From: Rickettsiaceae bacterium
Lineage (GTDB): Bacteria > Pseudomonadota > Alphaproteobacteria > Rickettsiales > UBA1997
Reading direction: 5' to 3'
Assembly (NCBI GenBank): GCA_021323225.1
Contig: JAJTCH010000001.1
Span: 147,408-211,407 of the forward strand
DNA length: 64,000 nucleotides
Numbering within the stretch: the stretch's first letter is position 1; each line of letters begins with the position of its first letter. The position numbers and the translations under genes were made by a program. Of the stretch, positions 9,576 through 19,007 are shown one piece after another. The notes under the pieces are model-generated. The model saw nothing but the letters and a program-made list of their open reading frames with translations. It had not been told where the DNA came from and did no database searches.

Positions 9576-10286
9576 ATGTTCTTAACGCTCATAATCATCC
9601 TTTCTTTTTCCTTAGGATTTTTTGTTGAGAGCATCATTGGCTTTGGCGCCGGTTTGATTGCTTATGCGATATTGGGATTTTTTACGGATGTAAAGCAGAT
9701 GGTTATTATTGCTCTTTATATTGGCACTCTTTCCAGTCTTTATATTGCTTTATCCGATACTAAATATTTTGATAAAAAGAATTTTTTTCCAAAACTCCCT
9801 TTGCCAATCATCGGCACAATAATCGGCACGGTAATTTTTAGCAGAATTGATTCCTTATTGCTGGGAAGAGTTCTTGGCATATTGCTAATCCTGCTTTCGA
9901 TCAAAACCACTTTTTTTGAGAAATTCAAATTCCCAAGAATTTTCCAGAAGAAATTATTGCTGATTGGTGGAATTTCTCATGGTCTTTGCGGAATGGGCGG
10001 ACCTTTCATCGTCAATGCTTTGAGGGATGATTTTAAACATAAATCCAACTTGCGCAGCACAATGGCGGTATTTTTTGTGCTGTTTAATGTGATTCGTTTT
10101 ATTCAGTTAGATGCCCAAGACCAGCTAAATTGGCATTTGTTTGGCCAAATCTGGTGGACAATTTTTCCGGTGCTTATGGCCATTAAACTAGGACATAAAG
10201 CGCATTTGGCCATAAGTGACGAGCTATTTAAAAAATCCATTGCTCTCATTACAGTTCTTTCTGGGGTAAAATTTTTGTTGGGATGA
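9576..10286 (+). CDS. TSUP (TauE/SafE, DUF81) family membrane transporter
   Basis: 236 aa with about 7 TM helices. The N-terminal GFGAGLI and the later GMGGP motifs are typical of DUF81. Confidence 0.6.
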   Translation: MFLTLIIILSFSLGFFVESIIGFGAGLIAYAILGFFTDVKQMVIIALYIGTLSSLYIALSDTKYFDKKNFFPKLPLPIIGTIIGTVIFSRIDSLLLGRVLGILLILLSIKTTFFEKFKFPRIFQKKLLLIGGISHGLCGMGGPFIVNALRDDFKHKSNLRSTMAVFFVLFNVIRFIQLDAQDQLNWHLFGQIWWTIFPVLMAIKLGHKAHLAISDELFKKSIALITVLSGVKFLLG

Positions 10287-10294
10287 TTTAAAGA

Positions 10295-11290
10295 TTACTG
10301 ACAATCGTTAATTTGCTCAATTGCCAGATTGGAACTGAATTTAGTAGAGCCTGGCAAATAAGATAAACATTTAACTTCTGGAGATGAATCCTCATGACAA
10401 CTCCATTTTTTTGACTTTTTGTCATAAGCTAAAATGACTTTTTTTCCTTCTTCGTTATCTTCAGAGGGAGGCTGCATTGACAATCTTACTTCCCGGTTGC
10501 TTTTCCAGGAATGGAAATGCGGAGTTTCACCGCAAGCGGGATTGCGTGATAAAAATGTTGAAATGATTTTATCAGGATTTTCCGGATCAATTTCTGCGGG
10601 CTCAATATTTTTATATTCCCCAAGCTCATTTGCCTCGTAAATATTGATGTTAAATCCGGTTGGAAAATTAACGCTATCTTCTTGCTTTGGTATAGACCGA
10701 ACTTCAATCATCACTTTTTCATCAGGAGAAAAATGTGGAATATCATTCAAATATAATTCACTTCCGGTATGAAAATTGGTGATATTAAAAGGCGGTTCAT
10801 AAGATTTTGATTTTGCCGAGTAAAAATAATGATAAAATATCGCATTGTCTTTTTTGATGTCGATTAGCCGATCTTCTGCCGCGGTTACTTCGCTGGTATG
10901 AAAAAATTCATTATAGCCTATGCATTTTCCAATCACGCTGCAATAACTCTTGGCTATGGTTATTCCGGAATCAATTTTTATTGAATATTCTGCTTCCCGG
11001 ATTTTTTTAACATTTCTTTCCATCTGGCAATTTTTTACCGGATCACAAATTTCGCCTTTTGCGCAATGATAAGGTTCAGGAATAAGGGGCTTAATTTCTT
11101 TGCTGATATAATCGGAATATTTTTGAAGCAACACTTCTTCATTTGCCAGGCGACGCTCTTCTCTTTCAAGCCAATCCTCATCCATTTTTATAGAGACCAG
11201 GAAATTTTTTTTGCAAAAGGCGGCCTTTGCATTGGTTGAAAAAGAAAATAATGAAGCAACCAAAATCAAAAATAAGAAGAATTTATTCAT
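10295..11290 (-). CDS. Secreted cysteine-rich hypothetical protein
   Basis: Signal peptide MNKFFLFLILVASLFSFSTNAKA. About a dozen Cys are scattered through 331 aa. I recognise no family. Confidence 0.5.
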   Translation of the reverse strand: MNKFFLFLILVASLFSFSTNAKAAFCKKNFLVSIKMDEDWLEREERRLANEEVLLQKYSDYISKEIKPLIPEPYHCAKGEICDPVKNCQMERNVKKIREAEYSIKIDSGITIAKSYCSVIGKCIGYNEFFHTSEVTAAEDRLIDIKKDNAIFYHYFYSAKSKSYEPPFNITNFHTGSELYLNDIPHFSPDEKVMIEVRSIPKQEDSVNFPTGFNINIYEANELGEYKNIEPAEIDPENPDKIISTFLSRNPACGETPHFHSWKSNREVRLSMQPPSEDNEEGKKVILAYDKKSKKWSCHEDSSPEVKCLSYLPGSTKFSSNLAIEQINDCQ

Positions 11291-11439
11291 GTAATTTTTA
11301 AGTAAAAATTTGATTTATGCCCATTGCAATCAGTTAAATAAAGTGCGGTCGATGGGAATCTTGTTGAAATTCTTGGATCATTACAATATCTTCTTTTATG
11401 CGTACAGCAAATCCCTTAATCAATAAATGGTAATCAAAT

Positions 11440-11949
11440 ATGATAAATAGAAATCTCTTATTATTGTTTATAGCTTTTGCATCTGTTTCCTGTGCTTCAA
11501 ATAAACAAAGCACAGATAGCAGCTCATCTGCAAAAAAATCAGCTATAGTTAAAGAAAAGAAGTCTTCAACTAAAGAAGAAAAAATTTCCTCAAATTCTGC
11601 TGATGAAGCACAAACCCCTCATATTATATATTTTGACACTGACAGTGCCAAAATCACTAGCGAAGCTTCTTCTATTTTAGACCAAAAAGTTTTGCCTGAA
11701 GCAAAAAGCCCAAAAGCTAAAAAAATAGTTATTGAAGCTCATTGCGACGAAAGAGGTTCTAACGCTTATAATCAAAAGCTAAGCGAAAAAAGAGCTAAGT
11801 CTGTTAAAAGCTACTTAGTTAAAAATGGTATAAAAGACGTTAAAATCAAAACCGTTGGTTATGGCGAATCTAAGCCAGTGGCTTTAGGTCATGATGAAGA
11901 ATCATGGTCTAAAAACCGTCGTGCTATTACTATCGTGATTAAAAAATAA
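11440..11949 (+). CDS. OmpA-family (Pal-like) peptidoglycan-binding lipoprotein
   Basis: Lipobox-like FASVSC. The C-terminal OmpA_C domain shows IYFDTDSAKIT, CDERGSNAYNQKLSEKRAKSV, VGYGESKP and NRRA. Confidence 0.8.
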   Translation: MINRNLLLLFIAFASVSCASNKQSTDSSSSAKKSAIVKEKKSSTKEEKISSNSADEAQTPHIIYFDTDSAKITSEASSILDQKVLPEAKSPKAKKIVIEAHCDERGSNAYNQKLSEKRAKSVKSYLVKNGIKDVKIKTVGYGESKPVALGHDEESWSKNRRAITIVIKK

Positions 11950-11979
11950 GTAGCGGATTGCAATAATTTTTTATTGATA

Positions 11980-12018
11980 AAGGTGTTGGACTTTTTTAAG
12001 TCCAACACCTTTTCTTTT
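11980..12018 (+). terminator. Rho-independent terminator of the Pal-like gene
   Basis: The stem aaggtgttggac / gtccaacacctt is a perfect 12 bp and is followed by a T-rich tail. Confidence 0.8.
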
Positions 12019-12045
12019 AGCAAAAATCTAATCTTGAAAAAATAT

Positions 12046-12067
12046 CTTATTCAGGAATAAGTTTTTT
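12046..12067 (+). terminator. Small terminator-like hairpin
   Basis: cttatt-cagg-aataag followed by tttttt. The stem is short, so this call is weak. Confidence 0.3.
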
Positions 12068-12102
12068 GACCATTCTAAATTAAGCTTAAAATAAAAATCA
12101 AA

Positions 12103-12136
12103 AGCCCTAGAGATTGATTTCTCTAGGGCTTTTTTG
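12103..12136. terminator. Orphan terminator-like hairpin (no ORF upstream)
   Basis: The stem agccctagag / ctctagggct is 10 bp and is followed by tttttt. There are A-runs upstream, so it could work on either strand. Confidence 0.55.
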
Positions 12137-12340
12137 TTGTTAAAAAATAAGAGAAAATTTTGATCTCTTGCAATGAAAATTCTTTGTTCAACATAAACTC
12201 ATAATTCTATCTAATAATCAATTTCAATATTTATTTTTTATATCATGTTCCATATACCCAACCATCACCCTTTTTCTTTTTCAAATTTTGAGACTGGGTT
12301 TGTGTGAATATAATTTTTAAAAACTTAAATTTTAAAACCT

Positions 12341-12418
12341 ATGAAAGGAATACTTTTGTGGCTACTTGGCCTCCCTGTTTCGCTTATCATTTTACTTTAT
12401 GTTTTTAACGTAATTTAA
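12341..12418 (+). CDS. Small hydrophobic peptide (25 aa, single TM), unannotated in the ORF track
   Basis: The ORF atg aaa gga ... att taa gives MKGILLWLLGLPVSLIILLYVFNVI. It is followed immediately (12423-12452) by a perfect 13-bp hairpin, cgctaattacttc-tttt-gaagtaattagcg. There is no clear SD. Confidence 0.4.
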   Translation: MKGILLWLLGLPVSLIILLYVFNVI

Positions 12419-12512
12419 AAATGCGCTAATTACTTCTTTTGAAGTAATTAGCGATTTAGCAAATTTTATTTGCTGCAAACTTCTAAAATTTTTTTAATAA
12501 AATTGAGGCATT

Positions 12513-13652
12513 ATGAATAAATGTGAAGAAATAGTTTTTAAAACTAATGGAGTTTTAACTCTTGGAGCAGAAATTGAATTGCAATTAATTGATCGGGATA
12601 ATTTAAATCTCATTCCTAAAGCAAATGAATTGCTTGAGGCCGGGAAATCCATAAAAAACCTCAAGCAGGAATTTTATTTGAGCACGGTCGAAATCTGCAC
12701 TGATAAACATGACGATGTTCATCAAATCAGGCGCGATTTAAAATCATCTTTTGATAAGCTGGTGCCGCTTGGAGAAGATTTGGGAATAAGTTTTGCCACA
12801 ACTGGCTGCCATCCATTTTCGCGTTATTCTGATTGCGTCATCACTCCGTCTGCGCGTTATGACGAATTGATAAACCGTAATCAATGGCTAACCAGAAGGA
12901 TGACCGTTTATGGCCTTCACGTCCATTTGGGAATGAAGGACGGACAGGATTGCATTCGCTTCAATAATTTTTTCCTGCCTTTTTTATCGCATTTTTTAGC
13001 GCTTTCAGCTAGCTCACCTTTTTGGCAAGGTGAAGATACCGGACTTGCTTCGGTTCGTCCAACCACTTATGAGTCGATGCCAACTTCAGGCCATCCTTAC
13101 GAAGTCAGCAGCTGGAATGAATTTGAAAATCTCTATTACACTTTAAAAAGATGCAATGCCATTAACTCGATGAAAGATTTGTGGTGGGATATGCGTCCAA
13201 GTCCAGGATACGGAACCTTGGAAATCAGGGTTTGCGATGGTCTTGCAACTTTGGAAGGAACCGTGGCAATCATTGCCTATATCCATTTATTGGCCCACTG
13301 GTTTAATGATAACTGCAACTGGTTTAACCAGGTTCAGCCTTGTCCCGGCTTTTTGCTTCGCGAAAATAAATGGCGGGTAATGAGATATGGTTTGGATGCG
13401 GAACTGGTTTTAAACAGCGACGGCAAAACTGCTTCAGTCTGTGAAGAAATTGAAATGTGGCTTGATATTACTAAAGACTATGCCAAGAAACTCGGCTATG
13501 GAAATTATGTCAAATCGTTGAGAGAAATTATGAAACGCGGCACTTCTTCCGATCGTCAAAGAGCGGTTTTTAACAAGACCAATTCAACCGAAGAAGTTGT
13601 TAGGCATAATATTAGGGAATTTGAGAACCAACTTCCGATATGGGATATTTAA
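12513..13652 (+). CDS. ybdK: Carboxylate-amine ligase, glutamate-cysteine ligase family 2 (YbdK type)
   Basis: 379 aa. Shows LGAEIELQLID, TTGCHPF and YGLHVHLGM, which is the GCS2 pattern. Confidence 0.8.
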   Translation: MNKCEEIVFKTNGVLTLGAEIELQLIDRDNLNLIPKANELLEAGKSIKNLKQEFYLSTVEICTDKHDDVHQIRRDLKSSFDKLVPLGEDLGISFATTGCHPFSRYSDCVITPSARYDELINRNQWLTRRMTVYGLHVHLGMKDGQDCIRFNNFFLPFLSHFLALSASSPFWQGEDTGLASVRPTTYESMPTSGHPYEVSSWNEFENLYYTLKRCNAINSMKDLWWDMRPSPGYGTLEIRVCDGLATLEGTVAIIAYIHLLAHWFNDNCNWFNQVQPCPGFLLRENKWRVMRYGLDAELVLNSDGKTASVCEEIEMWLDITKDYAKKLGYGNYVKSLREIMKRGTSSDRQRAVFNKTNSTEEVVRHNIREFENQLPIWDI

Positions 13653-13687
13653 CAATCCATCTTTGTTCTGAGTCAATTCAACAAAAA

Positions 13688-13724
13688 TAAAAGCTGGTCT
13701 GTAACCAAGACCAGCCTTTATTTA
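13688..13724. terminator. Bidirectional terminator between convergent ybdK and the DUF1428 gene
   Basis: The stem gctggtct / agaccagc is flanked by an A-run upstream and a T-rich tail downstream. Confidence 0.6.
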
Positions 13725-13733
13725 ACTATTCAA

Positions 13734-14093
13734 CTAAAACTCCACAATCGGCTTAAAACCACTATAAGCCATGCGTTTGAAATCAAAAACTTTCTCCATC
13801 TTGCTGCAATCCTCATTCTTCATATCAGCCATCACCTTCTTATTTACTGAATCGCGATGTCTGCGGGATTTATAGGTGATGAAAGAAAAAAGCACAGTCT
13901 CACCTTTTTTAGGTTTAGCCATCTCCGGAAAAGTTATACAAAACCCATTACCAGCAACATCATCCGCCACTGCCTCAACATAAGAAATTGCGCCATGTTT
14001 CTTCCAAACTTTTCCGGCAGCTTGTGCCATTTTTTTATATTTCGCCAAATTTTTGGTAGGAACGCATAATACAAATCCGTCAACATAACTCAT
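13734..14093 (-). CDS. DUF1428 (YbaA-like) protein
   Basis: The N-terminus MSYVDGFVLCVPTKNLAKYKKMA and the end KRMAYSGF are colinear with E. coli YbaA as I remember it. Confidence 0.7.
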   Translation of the reverse strand: MSYVDGFVLCVPTKNLAKYKKMAQAAGKVWKKHGAISYVEAVADDVAGNGFCITFPEMAKPKKGETVLFSFITYKSRRHRDSVNKKVMADMKNEDCSKMEKVFDFKRMAYSGFKPIVEF

Positions 14094-14356
14094 AATTACT
14101 CCTTTAATTGTTAATAATGGTACTTGAAGAAAATTTTGAATCTCAAAACCTAACTAACTCTGATTAAAATCCAACAATAAGTTCTGATCAATAACTCCTG
14201 ATCATTTACATTGTGGCTGACCTTACTGCCATCAGTTCCTCATTGGTTGGTTTATGGATAATTTATTTTTTCCTATCTATCTGATACTGCAATTTAACGC
14301 GCCCATCGTGGAAACTCCCCTCCGCAAATCAGAAAATTAACAAAAATAATTAATAC

Positions 14357-17119
14357 ATGGGCCGTACAGCTAAAGAATTACCGTCGTTGAAAGTACAGGA
14401 ATGCAGGATTTACAGGGGACCACATTTATATAGCCATACACCAATGATACGAATTCAGGTGGATTTGGGTATATTGGAAGAATATCCCACTAATAAATTG
14501 CCTGATTTTACTCCAAAACTTTTAGAAATATTGCCAGACTTGGCGCAACATAAATGCTCAACCGGTAAGCCGGGAGGTTTTGTTTCTCGCCTAAAAGAGG
14601 GAACTTGGCTGGGCCATGTTATTGAGCATGTGGCAATTGAGTTACAATTTATGGCTGGCATGGCGGTTACGCGTGGAAAGACGAGGTCCGTAAAAGGAAA
14701 GCCCGGCTATTATAATATAATGTATGCCTATATTTATGAGGATGCTGGATTATTAGCGGGGCGTTTGGCATTGGATTTGGTTGCTTCTGCTTTACCGTCT
14801 CCTTTCAATAAATTTACAGGTTTAGACAAGGTTCATGAGTTTGGTGATAGCGATGGTTTCAATCTGGAAGAGGGAATAAATGAATTAAAATATATATTTA
14901 AATCAAAAAAATTTGGGCCAACAACTCAAGCGATAATTGATGAAGCACAGCGAAGAAATATAAGCTGGAAAAGGCTTGATAATAAAAGCCTGGTCATGCT
15001 TGGCACGGGAAAATATCAAAAAATAATACGCAGTAGCATAACCAGCAACACTTCAAATATTGCTGTGGAGACCGCTTCAGACAAAGACCTTACAAAAAAT
15101 CTTTTAAGTAACGCCAATATTCCCGTTCCCTTGGGATATGTGGTAAAAACGCTGGAAGGCGCGTTAGAAACATTTGAGGAGCTTGGAGTTCCCGTCACCG
15201 TAAAGCCTCTTGATAGCAATCACGGCCATGGTGTTAGCACGGCTCTATATTCAGATGAAGAAGTTACGGAAGCTTTTGGGCGCGCTAAAGAATATTCAAA
15301 TTACATAATAGTTGAAAAACATTTCACGGGGCGCGATTACAGAGTTTTAATAGTAAATGGTGAAATGGTTGCCGCTGCAGAGCGTGTGCCAGCGCATGTA
15401 ATTGGTAATGGAGTTGATACAATTGCCAAATTAATAGAAGAGGTAAATGAAGACCCGCACCGCGGTGAAGGTCATGAAGATGTCTTAACGCGTATAGTAA
15501 TAGATGAAACTTTGACTTCATGGATTGCAAGAAGCAATCTGACATTGGAAAGCATTCCCGATAAAGGTCAGAAAATAATTTTGTCTCCCACTGCCAATCT
15601 TTCCACCGGTGGCACTGCTGTTGATTGTACAGACGACATCCATCCAGATAATGCCTCAATTGCCAGACGCGCCGCATTGACAATTGGCTTGGACATAGCC
15701 GGAATCGATATGATACTTCCGGACATAGAAAAATCCTGGACCAAAACAGGAGGAGGGATAATTGAAGTAAACGCATCCCCTGGTTTTCGGATGCATCTAC
15801 ATCCCGCAAAAGGTTTGCCGCGCAATGTTGCAAAACCTGTAATATCGGGCCTGTTCCCACCGGGAGCCAAAACGCAAATTCCTGTTGTGGGCGTAACCGG
15901 AACCAATGGAAAATCCACCACGGTAAAAATGCTGGCCCATATTTTGCGCCAGGCCGGAATGCGCGTTGGTTACACCTCAACATCAGGAATTTTCATTAAT
16001 GATGATTGCATATGGAAAGGGGACGCAAGCGGCCCAAAAAGCGCTGCGCTTCTGTTAAAAGATCCAACCATTGATATAGCAATATTAGAAACTGCAAGAG
16101 GCGGAATAGTGCGAGAAGGGCTAGGCGTGATGGAACTTGATGTTGGTGCCGTTCTCAACATTACTGCGGATCACCTTGGCATAAGCGGTATTGACACATT
16201 GGAGGACTTAGCAGCGGTAAAATCCGTAGTTACTGAAACCGTACATTCGCGTGGTGTAAGCGTTATAAATGCCGATGATCCATTAACATTATCAATCGCA
16301 AAATATGCAGGCGGAGATCTGTGTTATTTTTCCATGCAGCCGGCAAAATCAGAGTTGATTCTTGAACATTTAAAAAATGGCGGACGTGCTGTTACCCGTG
16401 AAATAATGGGCGGGAAAGCCCATATTGTTCTCAACATAAATGAGAAGCGCATCCCAATTGCTTGTGTTGATGAAATACCAGCCACTCATTTCGGTGTTGC
16501 AAAATTCAATATAGAAAATGCTCTAGCAGCCACAGCAATAGCTAGTGCGTTAAATATTGATCCACATATTATCAAACTTGCGCTTAACTCCTTCACTTCT
16601 TCTTACGAACAAAATCCAGGCCGGTTCAATATTCATGACGAACATGGCTTTCGCGTCATAATGGACTATGCCCATAATCCGGCGGCATTAAAAGCGTTCT
16701 TCGACATGATCCGCGAAATGCGCAAACATTATATGCGCGTTATCGGCCATATCAGCACCCCGGGAGATCGCCGCGATGAGGATATTATAGAAGTTGGACG
16801 CATTGCCGGAAAGGAATTGGATATTGTCATTTTCCGTGAAAAGCCAGATACCAGGGGCCGCCCTGAAGGCGAGATATTGAAGTTGCTAAAAAAAGGAGCT
16901 CTCCTTACCGGATGTTCGGACGAAAAAATCATCTGTGTTCATGGTGAAGATGAGGCTACGGAAATATGTCTACAAAAAGCGCAGCGGGGAGATTTAATAA
17001 TTCTAACCCCAAGCGATATTGAAGATGCCTGGAAAAAGGTTGTGGAATATAAGCCTAATTTCACTGAGCAAAATAAGTCAGTAAGAATTAAGGAGAAAAT
17101 ACATGCCACATATCAATAA
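14357..17119 (+). CDS. cphA: Cyanophycin synthetase
   Basis: 920 aa. It has the N-terminal CphA domain, an ATP-grasp region (DYRVLIVNGEMVAA, IIEVNASPG) and a Mur-ligase-like C-terminal half (GVTGTNGKSTT, DYAHNP). Confidence 0.9.
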   Translation: MGRTAKELPSLKVQECRIYRGPHLYSHTPMIRIQVDLGILEEYPTNKLPDFTPKLLEILPDLAQHKCSTGKPGGFVSRLKEGTWLGHVIEHVAIELQFMAGMAVTRGKTRSVKGKPGYYNIMYAYIYEDAGLLAGRLALDLVASALPSPFNKFTGLDKVHEFGDSDGFNLEEGINELKYIFKSKKFGPTTQAIIDEAQRRNISWKRLDNKSLVMLGTGKYQKIIRSSITSNTSNIAVETASDKDLTKNLLSNANIPVPLGYVVKTLEGALETFEELGVPVTVKPLDSNHGHGVSTALYSDEEVTEAFGRAKEYSNYIIVEKHFTGRDYRVLIVNGEMVAAAERVPAHVIGNGVDTIAKLIEEVNEDPHRGEGHEDVLTRIVIDETLTSWIARSNLTLESIPDKGQKIILSPTANLSTGGTAVDCTDDIHPDNASIARRAALTIGLDIAGIDMILPDIEKSWTKTGGGIIEVNASPGFRMHLHPAKGLPRNVAKPVISGLFPPGAKTQIPVVGVTGTNGKSTTVKMLAHILRQAGMRVGYTSTSGIFINDDCIWKGDASGPKSAALLLKDPTIDIAILETARGGIVREGLGVMELDVGAVLNITADHLGISGIDTLEDLAAVKSVVTETVHSRGVSVINADDPLTLSIAKYAGGDLCYFSMQPAKSELILEHLKNGGRAVTREIMGGKAHIVLNINEKRIPIACVDEIPATHFGVAKFNIENALAATAIASALNIDPHIIKLALNSFTSSYEQNPGRFNIHDEHGFRVIMDYAHNPAALKAFFDMIREMRKHYMRVIGHISTPGDRRDEDIIEVGRIAGKELDIVIFREKPDTRGRPEGEILKLLKKGALLTGCSDEKIICVHGEDEATEICLQKAQRGDLIILTPSDIEDAWKKVVEYKPNFTEQNKSVRIKEKIHATYQ

Positions 17120-17969
17120 ATCATGGAGCATCATAGCCCATGGCGGCGCCAAGGATATTTCTCCGGACGAAGAACAACCCAACCGGGAAGGATTGCAAGA
17201 GGCAATTGAAATTGGCAGTAAAATTCTTGCATTAGGAGGCAGTGCGCTTGATGCCGTTGAGAAAGCTGTGAAGTTGCTGGAGAAAAATCCTGCTTACAAT
17301 GCAGGATTATATGGCTGCGTAAAAAATGAGGATGGCATGGTTAATCTGGATGCTTCCATAATGGATGGCGAAACTCTCGATATTGGAGCGGTTGCCGGGC
17401 TACGCAATATCGAACATCCGGTTTCAGTTGCCCGAGCACTTCTTAAAGAGAAAGCAATTTTTCTTATCGGCGAAGGCGCTAATAAATTTGCCGAGCAAAA
17501 GGGTTTTCAAAAATTGCCTGATTCAGCCTTGCATTTTAGTGCTTCAAAAGGGTGTGATACAGTAGGTTGTGTTGCGCTTGATATTCATGGAAATTTAGCT
17601 GCAGCTACTTCTACCGGCGGTCTTGAAGCTGTTAGAGCCGGTCGCGTTGGAGATGTGCCTTTGCCGGGATGTGGTTTTTATGCCGATAATGCCCGCGGTG
17701 CGGTAAGTGCATCGGGGGAAGGTGAATCAATTGCGCGCGTTACTTTGGCAGCAGAATTTTTGCATTTTCTTAAAAACACAGATCCTAATGAAGCAATCAA
17801 ACTTTCGCTGGCTTTGCTGGAGCGTGTAAAAGGGGAGGCGGGTCTTATAGCCATAACCCCAAATGGTGAAATATGTTGGGGGCATAATAGCCCAAATTTT
17901 GCGATTGGTTATGCAAGAATCAATAATCGCCAACCAAATATCTATTTAAAGAAGAGCGAAGAGAAATGA
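17103..17969 (+). CDS. iaaA: Isoaspartyl dipeptidase / plant-type L-asparaginase (Ntn hydrolase)
   Basis: Shows HGGA and the autoprocessing/nucleophile region CDTVGCVALD, then ATSTGG. It overlaps cphA by 17 nt and the next gene by 4 nt. Confidence 0.8.
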   Translation: MPHINKSWSIIAHGGAKDISPDEEQPNREGLQEAIEIGSKILALGGSALDAVEKAVKLLEKNPAYNAGLYGCVKNEDGMVNLDASIMDGETLDIGAVAGLRNIEHPVSVARALLKEKAIFLIGEGANKFAEQKGFQKLPDSALHFSASKGCDTVGCVALDIHGNLAAATSTGGLEAVRAGRVGDVPLPGCGFYADNARGAVSASGEGESIARVTLAAEFLHFLKNTDPNEAIKLSLALLERVKGEAGLIAITPNGEICWGHNSPNFAIGYARINNRQPNIYLKKSEEK

Positions 17970-18859
17970 AAAACTCAAAAAAAAATCTGGGAACACTTGT
18001 AATTATTGGTGGCCATGAAGATAAAGAAGGTGAATGCGCGATATTAAAAGAAGTGGCAAAACATATTAAAGACGGATCACTGGTTATCGCAACAGTTGCC
18101 TCCAAAGAGCCTGAGGATTATTTCACCGATTATCAAGAAGCATTTGCAAGATTAGGCATAACAAATTTAACCCATCTTTATATCCAAGACCGTGCTGAAA
18201 CAACGGATGAAGCTAAGATGAAACAGCTTGATAATGTTAACGGGATATTTTTTTCAGGCGGTGACCAATTAAGAATAAGCAGCCAAATCGGTGACACGCC
18301 ATTTGAAACCCGCATACATGAAATCTATAAAAGCGGCGGCATAATTGCCGGCACTTCTGCTGGCGCCTCGGTAATGGGAGAAACTATGTTGATTAGGGGG
18401 CCAAATTCAGAATCGCACCGTATTGGAGATCTGCATTTGGCGCCCGGATTAAGATTGATCCGCAATGTGATTATCGACCAACATTTTGCTGAACGCGGCC
18501 GCATTGGGCGGTTACTTGGAGCTGTCGCATTAAACCCGCGCATACTTGGCATCGGGATAGATGAGAATACGGCTATTGTGGTAAAAGACAGGGAATTTTC
18601 TGTTTTAGGAAAAGGCGCAGTTTATGTGGTAGAAGGTGCCAGCGTCACTTATTCCAATATTGCGGAAGCGGAAAATAAAAGAACATTATCAATGTTTGAC
18701 GTTCGCCTGCACATTCTCAGCCAAGGCGATTCTTTTAGTCTCAAGAAGCGTAGACCAATTTCAGCAGGCAATTTAGAAAAAAGTATCATACTTGAAAAAC
18801 AGGCAACGGATATAAAAATTTCTAAACGAAAAAGCCGCAAAGCAAGTTCTAAGGAATAA
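17966..18859 (+). CDS. cphB: Cyanophycinase (peptidase S51)
   Basis: Shows VIIGGHEDKEGE, FFSGGDQ, and the catalytic Ser motif GTSAGASVMG. Confidence 0.85.
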   Translation: MKNSKKNLGTLVIIGGHEDKEGECAILKEVAKHIKDGSLVIATVASKEPEDYFTDYQEAFARLGITNLTHLYIQDRAETTDEAKMKQLDNVNGIFFSGGDQLRISSQIGDTPFETRIHEIYKSGGIIAGTSAGASVMGETMLIRGPNSESHRIGDLHLAPGLRLIRNVIIDQHFAERGRIGRLLGAVALNPRILGIGIDENTAIVVKDREFSVLGKGAVYVVEGASVTYSNIAEAENKRTLSMFDVRLHILSQGDSFSLKKRRPISAGNLEKSIILEKQATDIKISKRKSRKASSKE

Positions 18860-19007
18860 TTTTTAGACACCTTGATTCTCCCCATCCTTTTGTCTTTAAT
18901 TGCATCATTTATAATTTTTGCATTAGAGTTTTCTGGTAATCTCCTCAAAAAATATTAAATACCAACTAGCTAACAGTTTTTAATTTTAACCTTAATTCCT
19001 AAATCCC

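Noticed and set aside
15324-16161. Several long antisense ORFs inside cphA (15324..15983, 15568..15921, 15970..16161). Similar ones occur inside the autotransporter (31422..32717), ALAS, MscS and other genes.
   Set aside because: They lie entirely within genes that have strong family signatures on the opposite strand, and their composition looks like mirror artefacts.
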